From NCBI GenBank assembly GCA_963850305.1, contig CAWKKR010000008.1:1568001-1632000 (forward strand): 64,000 nt of DNA, written 5' to 3'. Shown here one piece after another: positions 45,326 to 54,118 of the stretch. A program made the position numbers and the translations under genes. Source of the stretch: an uncultured delta proteobacterium (GTDB lineage Bacteria; Myxococcota_A; Polyangia; Polyangiales; Polyangiaceae). Positions within the stretch are counted from its first letter, which is position 1. Every line of letters begins with the position of its first letter. The notes under the pieces are model-generated. The model did not search any database. It saw only the letters and a list, made by a program, of their open reading frames with translations, and had not been told where the DNA came from.

Positions 45326-45359
45326 GCCGCGGAGGGCCTCGGGTGAAGCCCTCCGCGGC
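45326..45359 (-). terminator. 12-bp GC-rich hairpin, putative terminator of the 45374-46051 gene
   Basis: GCCGCGGAGGGC-N10-GCCCTCCGCGGC about 15 nt past the stop codon; U-tract weak. Confidence 0.5.
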
Positions 45360-45373
45360 TGCGGTCATCGGAT

Positions 45374-46051
45374 TCAATGCGTCGGTCCGGTCACGAGCGC
45401 GGCCGTGGGCACCGCGCCGTTCGTCCCCGCGTCAGCGGCGGGAGGCGAGTTCGCGGCCGGTGCGACCACCGGCGCGACGTTCGCGGGCGGTGATGCCGCC
45501 GGTGCGACGTTCACCGCGGGCACGACGATGGGCGTCGGGCTAGCGGGTGGAGCGACGACCGGCGCCGTCACGGGCGGCGACGCCGACGGCGCGATCGCCG
45601 CCGGAGCCGTTGCTACCACGCCGTGTATCGCGGCCTTTTGCCGCTTGCCCATCGTGTGACGGGCCACCCGCGTCGCACGCACCTTCTCCGCGGCGTCTGT
45701 CTTCGACTCCAGGGTGCGCTGAGCCACCTTCTTCGGCAAGAAACCGAAGGAGGCAAACTCCGGACTGTTCTCACCGAACAGCCCCGCCGCATAGTTCCGG
45801 ACGCACGTGAGTATCGCATCCGTCTCGGTACGTTGCGATTCGTCGACGTCGTGAAGCTGCGAAGCCTTCGCCCGCGCAGCGGTCAGCGACGTCATCGTAT
45901 CCACGTGTGCCTGGATCTTTGCTTGCACATCCTTGCTTGCCACGAGCTTGCCCGCGACGGGCATGCTTGCGTCAGGCGCGAGCTTGGCGAGTGCCGAGAT
46001 CACGCTTTGCTCCAGGTTGATGATGACTGTCCTATTTGAATTACCGAACAT
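45374..46051 (-). CDS. Hypothetical protein: helical N-terminus, basic motif (KVRATRVARHTMGKRQK), Pro/Ala-rich tail
   Basis: ATG 46051 preceded by purine-rich AAGGAAGAAG; AT-rich upstream region; open frame of 225 aa. Confidence 0.7.
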   Translation of the reverse strand: MFGNSNRTVIINLEQSVISALAKLAPDASMPVAGKLVASKDVQAKIQAHVDTMTSLTAARAKASQLHDVDESQRTETDAILTCVRNYAAGLFGENSPEFASFGFLPKKVAQRTLESKTDAAEKVRATRVARHTMGKRQKAAIHGVVATAPAAIAPSASPPVTAPVVAPPASPTPIVVPAVNVAPAASPPANVAPVVAPAANSPPAADAGTNGAVPTAALVTGPTH

Positions 46052-46459
46052 GACTTCTTCCTTTTGTGAATTGCGGCGTCCGATATGAACGTCGCACATG
46101 AGGTACCAACCAACGGCGAGATTGGATTCTTCCAAAAATACTTTTTTTGAAATTCGGCCCGTCGTTCGAGTCAGTGCCGTTCATTCCGCAGCCCCTCCCG
46201 TGCATCACGCGCAGCCCCTCGCTCGCGCATTTGCAGCGAGTTTTCCGGCATTCTGCGCACGCGCGACCGATCGCGGCGTCGTGCTCATTGCCCGCGATGC
46301 GATGACGGGATCGTGCGGCGCGCCCACAAGGTCCCGCGGTGTGGCACCCAATTCACAGGGTGTGGCAACAAAGATACATACCACGACAGCAAGATCATAG
46401 TGCGCAGCGACGACATCGCGCCGCGTAGTAACGGACCCACGCGGCGTGATAGTCGAGTC

Positions 46460-47160
46460 TCACGGCGTGGTGGTCGATCCACGCGCCCGACGGAGGTGAC
46501 CTCACGCCGTGTGAAGCGGGAATCACGGCCGACGGAGGTGTTCTCACGCTGTGTGAAGCGGGAATCACGGCCGACGGAGGTGTTCTCACGCTGTGTGAAG
46601 CGGGAATCACGGCCGACGGAGGCGTCCTCAACGGCGCGCGATCCACTTCTCACGGCCGACGGAGGTGACCTCACGCCGTGTGAAGCGGGAATCACGGCCG
46701 ACGGAGGTGTCCGCACGGCGCGTGAAGCGGGTATCGCGCTCGTGAGAACGCGTCCTCACGGCCGACGGAGGTGTCCTCGCGCCGTGTGAAGCGGGAATCA
46801 CGGCCGACGGAGGTGTCCGCACGGCGCGTGAAGCGGGTATCGCGGCCGTGAGAACGCGTCCTCACGGCCGACGGAGGCGTCCTCACGGCGCATGATCCAC
46901 TTATCACGGCCGACGGAGGTGTCGTCACGGCGCATGATCCACTCATCACGACCGACGGAGGTGTCCATCGCGACGCGTGATCCACTTATCACGGCGGACG
47001 GAGGTGTCGTCACGGCGCGTGATCCGCTTATCACGCCCGACGGAGGTGTCCTCACGGTGAGCGATCCACTTATCAGGACCGACGGAGGTGTCCTCACGGC
47101 GGACGGATATGTCCTCACGCTGCGTGATCCAGTTGTCGCGGCGGACGGACGCGTCCATCC
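46460..47160. repeat. Tandem array with 21-bp period (near-constant unit alternating with variable units)
   Basis: CACGGCCGACGGAGGTGTCCT alternates with CACGCCGTGTGAAGCGGGAAT or CACGGCGCATGATCCACTTAT variants, roughly 30 units, degenerate at both ends. Confidence 0.92.
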
Positions 47161-47349
47161 CGCGGTCGAGGGGCGGGTCGTCGCGACGTGTGAGGCGCCC
47201 CGGCGCCATGCGGGGGGATCGCGCCGTGATCGTTTGGTGGACGCCCGCGTCTGCCGAGACCTGACCTACGGTTCCTCGGGGAACCCCGCGAAGCTCCTTG
47301 TAGGAGGTCCGGACATGGAAGATGCTCGATGATCTTCCCCTGGGGCAAA

Positions 47350-48348
47350 GTGGGTCGTCGTTCACCAACCGAGTCCGTGGCGCGGATATACCGCGCGTTC
47401 CTGCGCCAGCGCACGTGGCCGCAGGCGGAGCTCGCGCGCGAGGTGGGCATCGGCGTTGCGGCGCTCCGGAAGCGGCTGGACGAGCTGACCACGCTCGGAA
47501 TGCCGCTCGAGCGGGAGGATGACCTACCGCAGGTCTACTGGAGCGTGCCCGCGACGTGGTTCCCCGACAGCGTCGCACTGGACAAGGACGAAGTCGCGGA
47601 TCTGCTACACGTGCTCTGGCACACGGCGCGGGGGCGGCGCCGCGACCGGCTCCTGCGCCTCGTGCTCGACGCTCGTCGTGATCGCGCGACCATCGCGGCG
47701 ACAGAATCCGCGATCGTGACGCACGAGGTATCGGAAGCGGAAGAGACGTTTCTCCCGATTTTGGAAGAGGCCATGACCGCGAACAGGCCCGTGCGCCTGC
47801 GATTCTACTCCACCGAGCGCGGCATCGTGGAGTCCAGGCACGCGTCGGTGCACCGCGTGGACGTCGGCCCCCCGACGCGACTCGTCGCGACGTGCCACCG
47901 GACGAACGAGCTCCGGTGGTTCCGCGTCGACAACATCGTCGATGTCAGCATCGACCGCGAAACGTCCTTCCGCGCCGCCAGCGACGAAGCTGTTCGTCGC
48001 TTCTGTGCGGACAGCATCGATGGGTTCAGGGGCGCTACCGAGACCGAGGAACACGCGTTCTTCGTGCGTAACCCCGAGGCGCGATGGGTCGCCAAGAATC
48101 TTCTCGCTCCGATGCGGGCAGTGGATGCCCCGGACGGAATTACGGTGTCCGTGACAACTGCCGGAGCGATGCGCGTCGCACGCTTCGTCGTCGGTCTTGG
48201 CGGCGCCGCTCGAGCGGAGAGCGCTCGACTCCGGACACTCGTCGAAGAGCTCGCACGGGGGGCGCTCCGCCGCTCGGCGCAACCTGGACGGCTCGCGAAG
48301 GCAGCCACGGGAATACCTGAACGACCGCGCAGACGCGCGAATAGATGA
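47350..48348 (+). CDS. WYL-domain transcriptional regulator (HTH-WYL-WCX); start GTG 47350 or ATG 47329
   Basis: N-terminal HTH (QAELAREVGIG..ALRKRLDEL); WYL-like RPVRLRFYS...LVATCHRTNELRWFRVDNI; C-terminal RFVVGLGGAA. Confidence 0.85.
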   Translation: MGRRSPTESVARIYRAFLRQRTWPQAELAREVGIGVAALRKRLDELTTLGMPLEREDDLPQVYWSVPATWFPDSVALDKDEVADLLHVLWHTARGRRRDRLLRLVLDARRDRATIAATESAIVTHEVSEAEETFLPILEEAMTANRPVRLRFYSTERGIVESRHASVHRVDVGPPTRLVATCHRTNELRWFRVDNIVDVSIDRETSFRAASDEAVRRFCADSIDGFRGATETEEHAFFVRNPEARWVAKNLLAPMRAVDAPDGITVSVTTAGAMRVARFVVGLGGAARAESARLRTLVEELARGALRRSAQPGRLAKAATGIPERPRRRANR

Positions 48349-48424
48349 GGGTGCGGGGACTATGAGTGGGAGTCGGATGCGACGTATCGGCTACGACTAA
48401 TCGAACGAAATGATCATGCAAACG

Positions 48425-49006
48425 CTACCGCGGAGGCACCGGCGTGGCCCACAGCGCGCCAACATCGAACTCTATGGCCTCGAACGGCACGGCGCGCACT
48501 GGTTCGTCTCCGCGAAACGTTTCGAGCAGGATCCAGCGGTGGTTCTCCAGTGCATACGTCTCGATGATCCGGACCGCGGGATCCACGATCCACGCGAAGC
48601 TCACGCCGGCCCGCGCATAGAGAGGCATCTTGTCGGCGCGATCGAACGCTGCGCTGGACGGCGACACGATCTCGCATATCCAGTCAGGTGGGAGATCGAA
48701 CCAAGCCGTTCGCGGCAGCTCGGGCATGCGCTCCACTCGCCATCCCGCCCAGTCCGGAACGAGGACATCGCCTCCCGGCAGGTGAAGCTCTGGCTCGAGC
48801 AGAATCCACCATCCGCCGGGTCCCCCGCGGCCGCGCTGGAACGGCGGCGACAGCTCTCCGCCGAGAGCCGACGCTGCGGCAGTGTGCAACGGCCCCGGCC
48901 GAGGGCTCGTGACAAGCTCGCCGGCTACGATCTCGGCGACGAGGTTCGACGGTACTGCCGCGAGATCCGCGTAGGTGGCGCGACGTGTGGCTCGGACGGA
49001 CGACAC
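48425..49006 (-). CDS. Uma2/DUF820-family putative endonuclease, copy 1
   Basis: RATYADL, AEIVAGEL..SPRP, GGPGGWWILLEPEL, PDWAGW, PDWICEIVSPS, DKMPLYA, WIVDP. Confidence 0.9.
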   Translation of the reverse strand: MSSVRATRRATYADLAAVPSNLVAEIVAGELVTSPRPGPLHTAAASALGGELSPPFQRGRGGPGGWWILLEPELHLPGGDVLVPDWAGWRVERMPELPRTAWFDLPPDWICEIVSPSSAAFDRADKMPLYARAGVSFAWIVDPAVRIIETYALENHRWILLETFRGDEPVRAVPFEAIEFDVGALWATPVPPR

Positions 49007-49093
49007 GAAGACAGGGTAGCAGCTCAAGGGAGGCGAGCCGGACCAGAGGGAGAAACGACGCGACGCTCCCACGGGGCGTCGGCGTGGTGGGGG

Positions 49094-49122
49094 TTGACGG
49101 TCCAGTCCCTCGTTGCTAGCTT
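49094..49122 (+). promoter_or_regulatory. Sigma70-like promoter facing the mini-array and cas3 operon
   Basis: TTGACG (49094-49099), 17-bp spacer, TAGCTT (49117-49122), with extended -10 TG at 49114-49115. Confidence 0.6.
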
Positions 49123-49151
49123 CCGCTCCCATAGATTGCAGACCCCTTAGA

Positions 49152-49176
49152 CCCCGGAGAGTCTTACGACTCAAAA
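49152..49176 (-). promoter_or_regulatory. Self-target site of the mini-array spacer, with TTT PAM
   Basis: Minus strand TTT-TGAGTCGTAAGACTCTCCGGGG versus spacer TGAGTCGTGAGACTCGCCGGGG (20/22). Confidence 0.75.
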
Positions 49177-49329
49177 CATCGGAAGCTGAAGGTTCACGTA
49201 GTCACTTCAGCTGGCGTGGATGCGATGCTGCTTCTGGAGTGGCGCCAGCTGAGCCTGCCAAGGCTCGCCACAGCAATCGTGAGGCGGATTGGGTTCGAGC
49301 GCCGCTAAAACTGTTGGTGCCCGCGGCGC

Positions 49330-49436
49330 TGCGGGGCGCTGCTCATCGCTCGGCCCGATTGAAGTTGAGTCGTGAGACTCGCCGGGGGCAACGTTCGGCG
49401 CTCTCCACCGCGTTCGCGCGGTGGCCTCGTTGAAGT
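49330..49436 (+). CRISPR. Mini-array: degenerate repeat, 35-nt spacer (49366-49400), near-perfect repeat (49401-49436); candidate CreR/CreA-like regulatory RNA
   Basis: Second repeat 34/36 identical to the main array repeat; first repeat retains 3' end GGCCCGATTGAAGT (11/14 versus GGCCCCGTTGAAGC). Confidence 0.8.
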
Positions 49437-49538
49437 GGCTCCGAATTCCGAGCAATGGGCAGCGCCGCGCTGCGCTGCCGACGCTCCGCCTGATCGTTTT
49501 GACCTTCCGCGACCGTCCTCCCTTGGCAGAGGTGACAC

Positions 49539-52166
49539 GTGAGCATTGAATTCGCAGCGGCCTTTCACGCCCCCCTCACCGGCAACCCGAGCTTCCCGTG
49601 GCAGAGGGCGCTCTTCAGAGCGGTTCATCCGGGGCAATCGGGAGCATCGATTTCCCGAGGCATGCGACATCCCGACGGGACTCGGCAAGACGTCCGTCAT
49701 CGCAGTCTGGCTCCTCGCGCTGGCGCATCACGCCGTGAGCGAAAGTGCGCGCAGTTTCCCGCGCCGCCTCGTGTACGTCGTGAATCGACGTACCGTCATG
49801 GATCAATCGACGCGCGAGGCGGAACGTCTTCGCGAGAAGCTTTCAACGGCTGGCGAGCTGCGTGACGTAGCTCGACGCTGGCGTCACTCTGCTCTTACGA
49901 CCCGTCGGGCTCCCCTCTCGCAATCAGCACGCTGCGGGGTGAGTTCGCTGACAACGCCGAATGGCGCGACGATCCGGCCCGCCCCGCGGTCATCGTTGGT
50001 ACCGTCGACATGATCGGAAGCCGGTTGCTGTTCGCGGCTAGGGCCGGCTTCAAGTCCGTCCCCTTCATGCTGGTTTCCTCGGGCAGGACGTATTGCTGGT
50101 ACACGACGAGGCGCATCTCGAGCCGGCGTTTCAGGCGCTCATCGAGGAAGTTAGGCGAGAACAGAGTCATTTCCCGTGGGAGCGGGACCGTTTCGCTGTG
50201 ACGGCGTTGTCCGCGACGGCTCGCACCGGCACGAGCTCCTTTTCACTCACGGCCTCGGATCTCGAGAACGATGTCGTACGGAAGAGATTTTACGCGAAGA
50301 AGGGGCTCCGCATGCACCCTCTCGCGGAAGGCAAGAAGCTCCCCGATGCGCTCGCCGAGCTCGCGAGAAACCCCGACTTCGACGGGCAGGCCGTCGTCGT
50401 CTTCATGCGGCGGGTGAAGGACGTCGAAGCCGTCCGTGCGGCGCTGGATGGATCACCATCGTCCACGGCAGTCCTCACGGGAACGTTGCGCGGGTTCGAG
50501 CGCGACCAATTGGCACAGACCAATGGCGTGTTCGCTCGGTTCATGCCACCGCACGACCGAGATCCGAGGTGCACACCGCAGTCTGGCACGGTCTTTCTGA
50601 TCTCGACGTCCGCTGGTGAGGTGGGAGTCAACCTTTCTGCGGATCATCTCGTCTGTGACCTCGCTCCGTTCGACAGCATGGTTCAGCGCTTTGGGCGGGT
50701 GAATCGTTTCGGCCACGGAAAGGCCAGCATCGACATCGTCGTCGACGAGAGCGCGGCCAGGGGAGACGACATGTTCGCCTCCTCCATCCAGAAAACGCGG
50801 GCGCTTCTCGCGCGCCTTCCGAGAGTCGGCACGTTCCGAGCGGCTCGATGCGAGCCCCGCAGCTCTGGGTGAGCTCCCGTACCTCGAACGATTGGCGGCA
50901 TTCTCGCCTCAACCCGAGATCCCTCGCGCGAGCGATGTCCTGTTCGACGCCTGGGCGCTGACCTCCATCCGCGACCTTCCCGGCAGACCTCCCGTTGCTG
51001 ATTATCTTCACGGAGAGGAAGAGTGGGAGCCTCCAGAGACGTACATCGCTTGGCGGCGAGAGGTCGAGTACGTCACGGGAGACCTTCTTGATGAGCACCC
51101 CCCGGACGAACTCCTGGAAGACTATCCGCTCAAGGCACATGAGCTTTTGCATGACCGGACCGAGCGTGTCATCGAGCAGCTTGCCAAGATCGCCAACCGC
51201 TTCCCTGACCAAACGGTCTGGGTGCTCGAAGAGAACGGCAGCGTCCATCAAAAGGCACTGACTGTCTGGTTGAGCGGCGACAAGAAAACGGCCATCGACC
51301 GGCTAGCGCGCCGAACGGTGGTGTTACCGCCCCGCGTCGGAGGCTTAAAGGAAGGTCTGCTGAACGGCGCGAGCGCCTTCGACGAGCAGCAGCAGTACGA
51401 TGTCGCGGACGAGTGGGGGGACGAATCCGGCAAGCGTCGAGTTCGGCGAAACGATCCGGCTCCGCAAAGCGGTATGCGATTGGTTCGGAGCATCGTACCC
51501 CTGGGGGACCCTGATGAGTCGGATGCGGAGGGCCGCGCGCCAGTGCTCGAGAGCTGGTACTGGTTCGTGAAGCCGCGCTTCGCCGATGACGACGGTTCGC
51601 GGACGGCGCGCGCGTCGGAGTCGCTCGAGGCGCATCTGGGAAAGGCTGGAAGATCTGCTGCTGCGATTGCCGCCCGACTGTTGAATCCTGATGAATCGAC
51701 TGCAGTGCGGCTCGCCGCCGAATGGCACGATCTCGGCAAGAACCGGAACCTTTGGCAGCGCTCGATCGGGAACCTTGGAACGGAGGTCTTCGCGAAGTCT
51801 GGGCCGGAGATGACTCCGCGAAACATCACGCGCTACCGGCACGAATTCGGCTCTTTGATCGATATTCGGTTCAGAAAAGAGTTCGTTGCCCTGCCTCGCG
51901 AACAACAAGACCTGATCCTTCACCTCGTCGCGGCGCATCACGGACGCGCCCGCCCACACTTCCCACTGGAAGAATCGTTCGATCCGGAGCACACGGACAG
52001 TGTGGCGCTGGAGACCGCTCGATCGGTCCCTCGGAGGTTCGCCACGCTGCAGGCGCGATACGGTCGCTGGGGTCTGGCCTACCTGGAGTCGCTCGTCAGG
52101 GCAGCCGATGCGCTCGCGTCTCAGGACATCGGCGGGTCGGACGCGGGCAGAGTGAAGGGCCAATGA
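49539..52166 (+). CDS. cas3: Type I-G (I-U) Cas3 helicase/nuclease with C-terminal HD domain (several frameshifts)
   Basis: FPWQ, IPTGLGKT, PRRLVYVVNRRTV, VGTVDMIGSRLLF, DEAHL, ALSAT, TSAGEVGVNL, QRFGRVNRFG; C-terminal HDLGK, RHEFGS, AAHHG, RAAD. Confidence 0.92.
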
Positions 52167-53047
52167 CCACCACCGGCCGATCCGAAGCATCGGTCCGCTG
52201 CGATCCGACCAATCCGGGCCAGTTTCTCGCTTGCTGCGGAATCCTGGAGCTTGCTCATCGCCGATTCGGCAGCGGAGCTACAGGCTGGTTCTCGACCGAC
52301 GGGCGGCGATTCTGCCTCGACGTGGGAGCGTCGAGCGATGCGCCGACACTACGGACGCTCCTGACAGAGCTGTGTTCCTGTGAGGTGACGAACACGATGA
52401 GCCCCGACGCGCTTCGCCGAAGGGCCGAGTTCGATGCGATGAACGGGCGCGAGAATCGAGGGCGCGGGAAGGGAAGACGAGAAGAAGGAGCTCGAATCAC
52501 TCTGGCGTGAATCACCTGTCATCTTCGGGGCACCATTCCACTTCACGGTCGACTGGCACCAGGACGACCGCGGTCGCGGTTCGACCTTCAAGACGTGGGC
52601 GGGGCAGCGGTCGATCATCGACATCGCCCGGGGTATGCACACCGCGGCGCGTGCCGCCCTCTCGGACATTGACACGATCGAGCAAATCCTCGGGGCAACG
52701 TCACGTGGCTCCGGGCTGCCGTTCAATTTCGACTCCGACCTGGGCGGTCAAGCGGCCCCGTTGGACGTGGGATTCAGCTTCGATCCTCTACCGACTATGT
52801 CCTTGGCCGCGCGTCCGGTGACCGAGCTCTGCGCGTTCATCGGGTTGCAACGCTTTCGCCCGGAGCGCGTCCGGAGGGAAATCGCTACCAGTATGCCCTG
52901 TGGTGGACCCCACTTCCCGCGGGCGTCGCCAGCGCGATGGCCTCGTGCTCTATCGATTCTCTGGAGCGCTCGCTCTTCGAGTTCCGGCTCTTGTACCGGA
53001 CCAAGTACCTGAAGAGTTTCTTGTCAGCAAAACCCGTCATGAGGTGA
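52163..53047 (+). CDS. cas8g2: Type I-G large subunit, small Cas8g2 (Cas8u2)-type (about two frameshifts)
   Basis: DPTNPGQFLACCGILELA, FKTWAGQ, LDVGFS, ELCAFIGLQRFRP; lies between cas3 and cas7. Confidence 0.8.
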
Positions 53048-53050
53048 CCA

Positions 53051-54118
53051 GTGGCTACGAAATTGAATAGTTACGACACATTCCTGAGCGACGGAGGGCC
53101 AGCGGCACTCGTCATTCGCGAACACCTGATGAGCGTGGAAGGCGCGGACGGCGTCCTGTTTCCGGCGACGTTCGCGGCCAGCGAAGACAAGACTTTCAAG
53201 GGCGGCTACAACATCGACAATCTCGGGAATGGGAAGAACGTCTGCCTGGTCGATAGCGTCGGCTCGCAGGCGAATCGGTTGGAGCCCATCTTCTCCACCG
53301 ACCCATACAAGAAGCTCGTTCCGCAAGTGGTCGTCAAAGCGGGGCCGAGGGGTGTCAACCTGCTAGACGCAGGACACCGCGCCGCGGATGCGGTGATTCG
53401 ATGCTCGACCCTTCAGGAGGAACTGCAAGCTGCCTTCAGGGCGGCGATGCGCGGGGACGCCGCGCCGCTCGCCAAGATCGCACCGACGTCGCTCGTGTTC
53501 GGGGTGTGGGATTCTCGAGACACTCAAGCCAAGCTGCCCCGCCTGATCGCCTCGACGATACGAGCGTTCAATGTTCAGCGTCTTACTCGCTCGGCACAAT
53601 ACGTGCCGGCAACTGAGTACATAGCCGACGAGTTGCTGGAGGACACCGACGACAAGAAGATGAAGGACGCCTACTCTGCGAAGGGATTCGTGCACGTCCC
53701 GGCGTCTGCCACGCCGGGAGGCGTCGTGGCGGAGGCCGTCCGTCGGGATGCGTCGCTGCACCTTGCTGCGTTGCGGCTGCTCGGTGCAGGGAAGGATCCG
53801 GAAAAGTCGCTCGCGCTCAAGCGATACGTTTTTGGTCTCGCCTTGACCGCGTTCACGTTTTCGCCGGCGGGGTATCTCCGTCAGGGGTGCAATCTCGTAG
53901 CAGATCCTGAAAAAAAGCGTGACTTCAGGGTCGTCTTCAACGACGGACGGAGGGAACCAAGCGGCATCACCCACGATGATGCGATCTCCTATGCGGTGCT
54001 CGTTGCAGAGGCTTTCGGCGTCGGTGAGGATCGAGAGGTAGCTTTCGAGGTGCAACGCGCGAAAGCTGACCTCAGCGGAGAAAAAGTAAAGAAGCCAAAG
54101 AGCAAGGGAAAGCCGTGA
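53051..54118 (+). CDS. cas7: Type I-G Cas7 (Csb1)
   Basis: LFPATFA, LVDSVGSQANRLE, GHRAADA, APTSLVFGVWDSR, YLRQGCNL. Confidence 0.92.
   Translation: MATKLNSYDTFLSDGGPAALVIREHLMSVEGADGVLFPATFAASEDKTFKGGYNIDNLGNGKNVCLVDSVGSQANRLEPIFSTDPYKKLVPQVVVKAGPRGVNLLDAGHRAADAVIRCSTLQEELQAAFRAAMRGDAAPLAKIAPTSLVFGVWDSRDTQAKLPRLIASTIRAFNVQRLTRSAQYVPATEYIADELLEDTDDKKMKDAYSAKGFVHVPASATPGGVVAEAVRRDASLHLAALRLLGAGKDPEKSLALKRYVFGLALTAFTFSPAGYLRQGCNLVADPEKKRDFRVVFNDGRREPSGITHDDAISYAVLVAEAFGVGEDREVAFEVQRAKADLSGEKVKKPKSKGKP

Noticed and set aside
46460..47160. 21-bp array as a second CRISPR array
   Set aside because: Intervening units are repeated rather than unique, are too short, and are unrelated to the I-G repeat.
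49285..49311. Possible third degenerate repeat (GCGCCGCTAAAAC) in the mini-array
   Set aside because: Weak similarity, and it would leave only about 18 nt of spacer.
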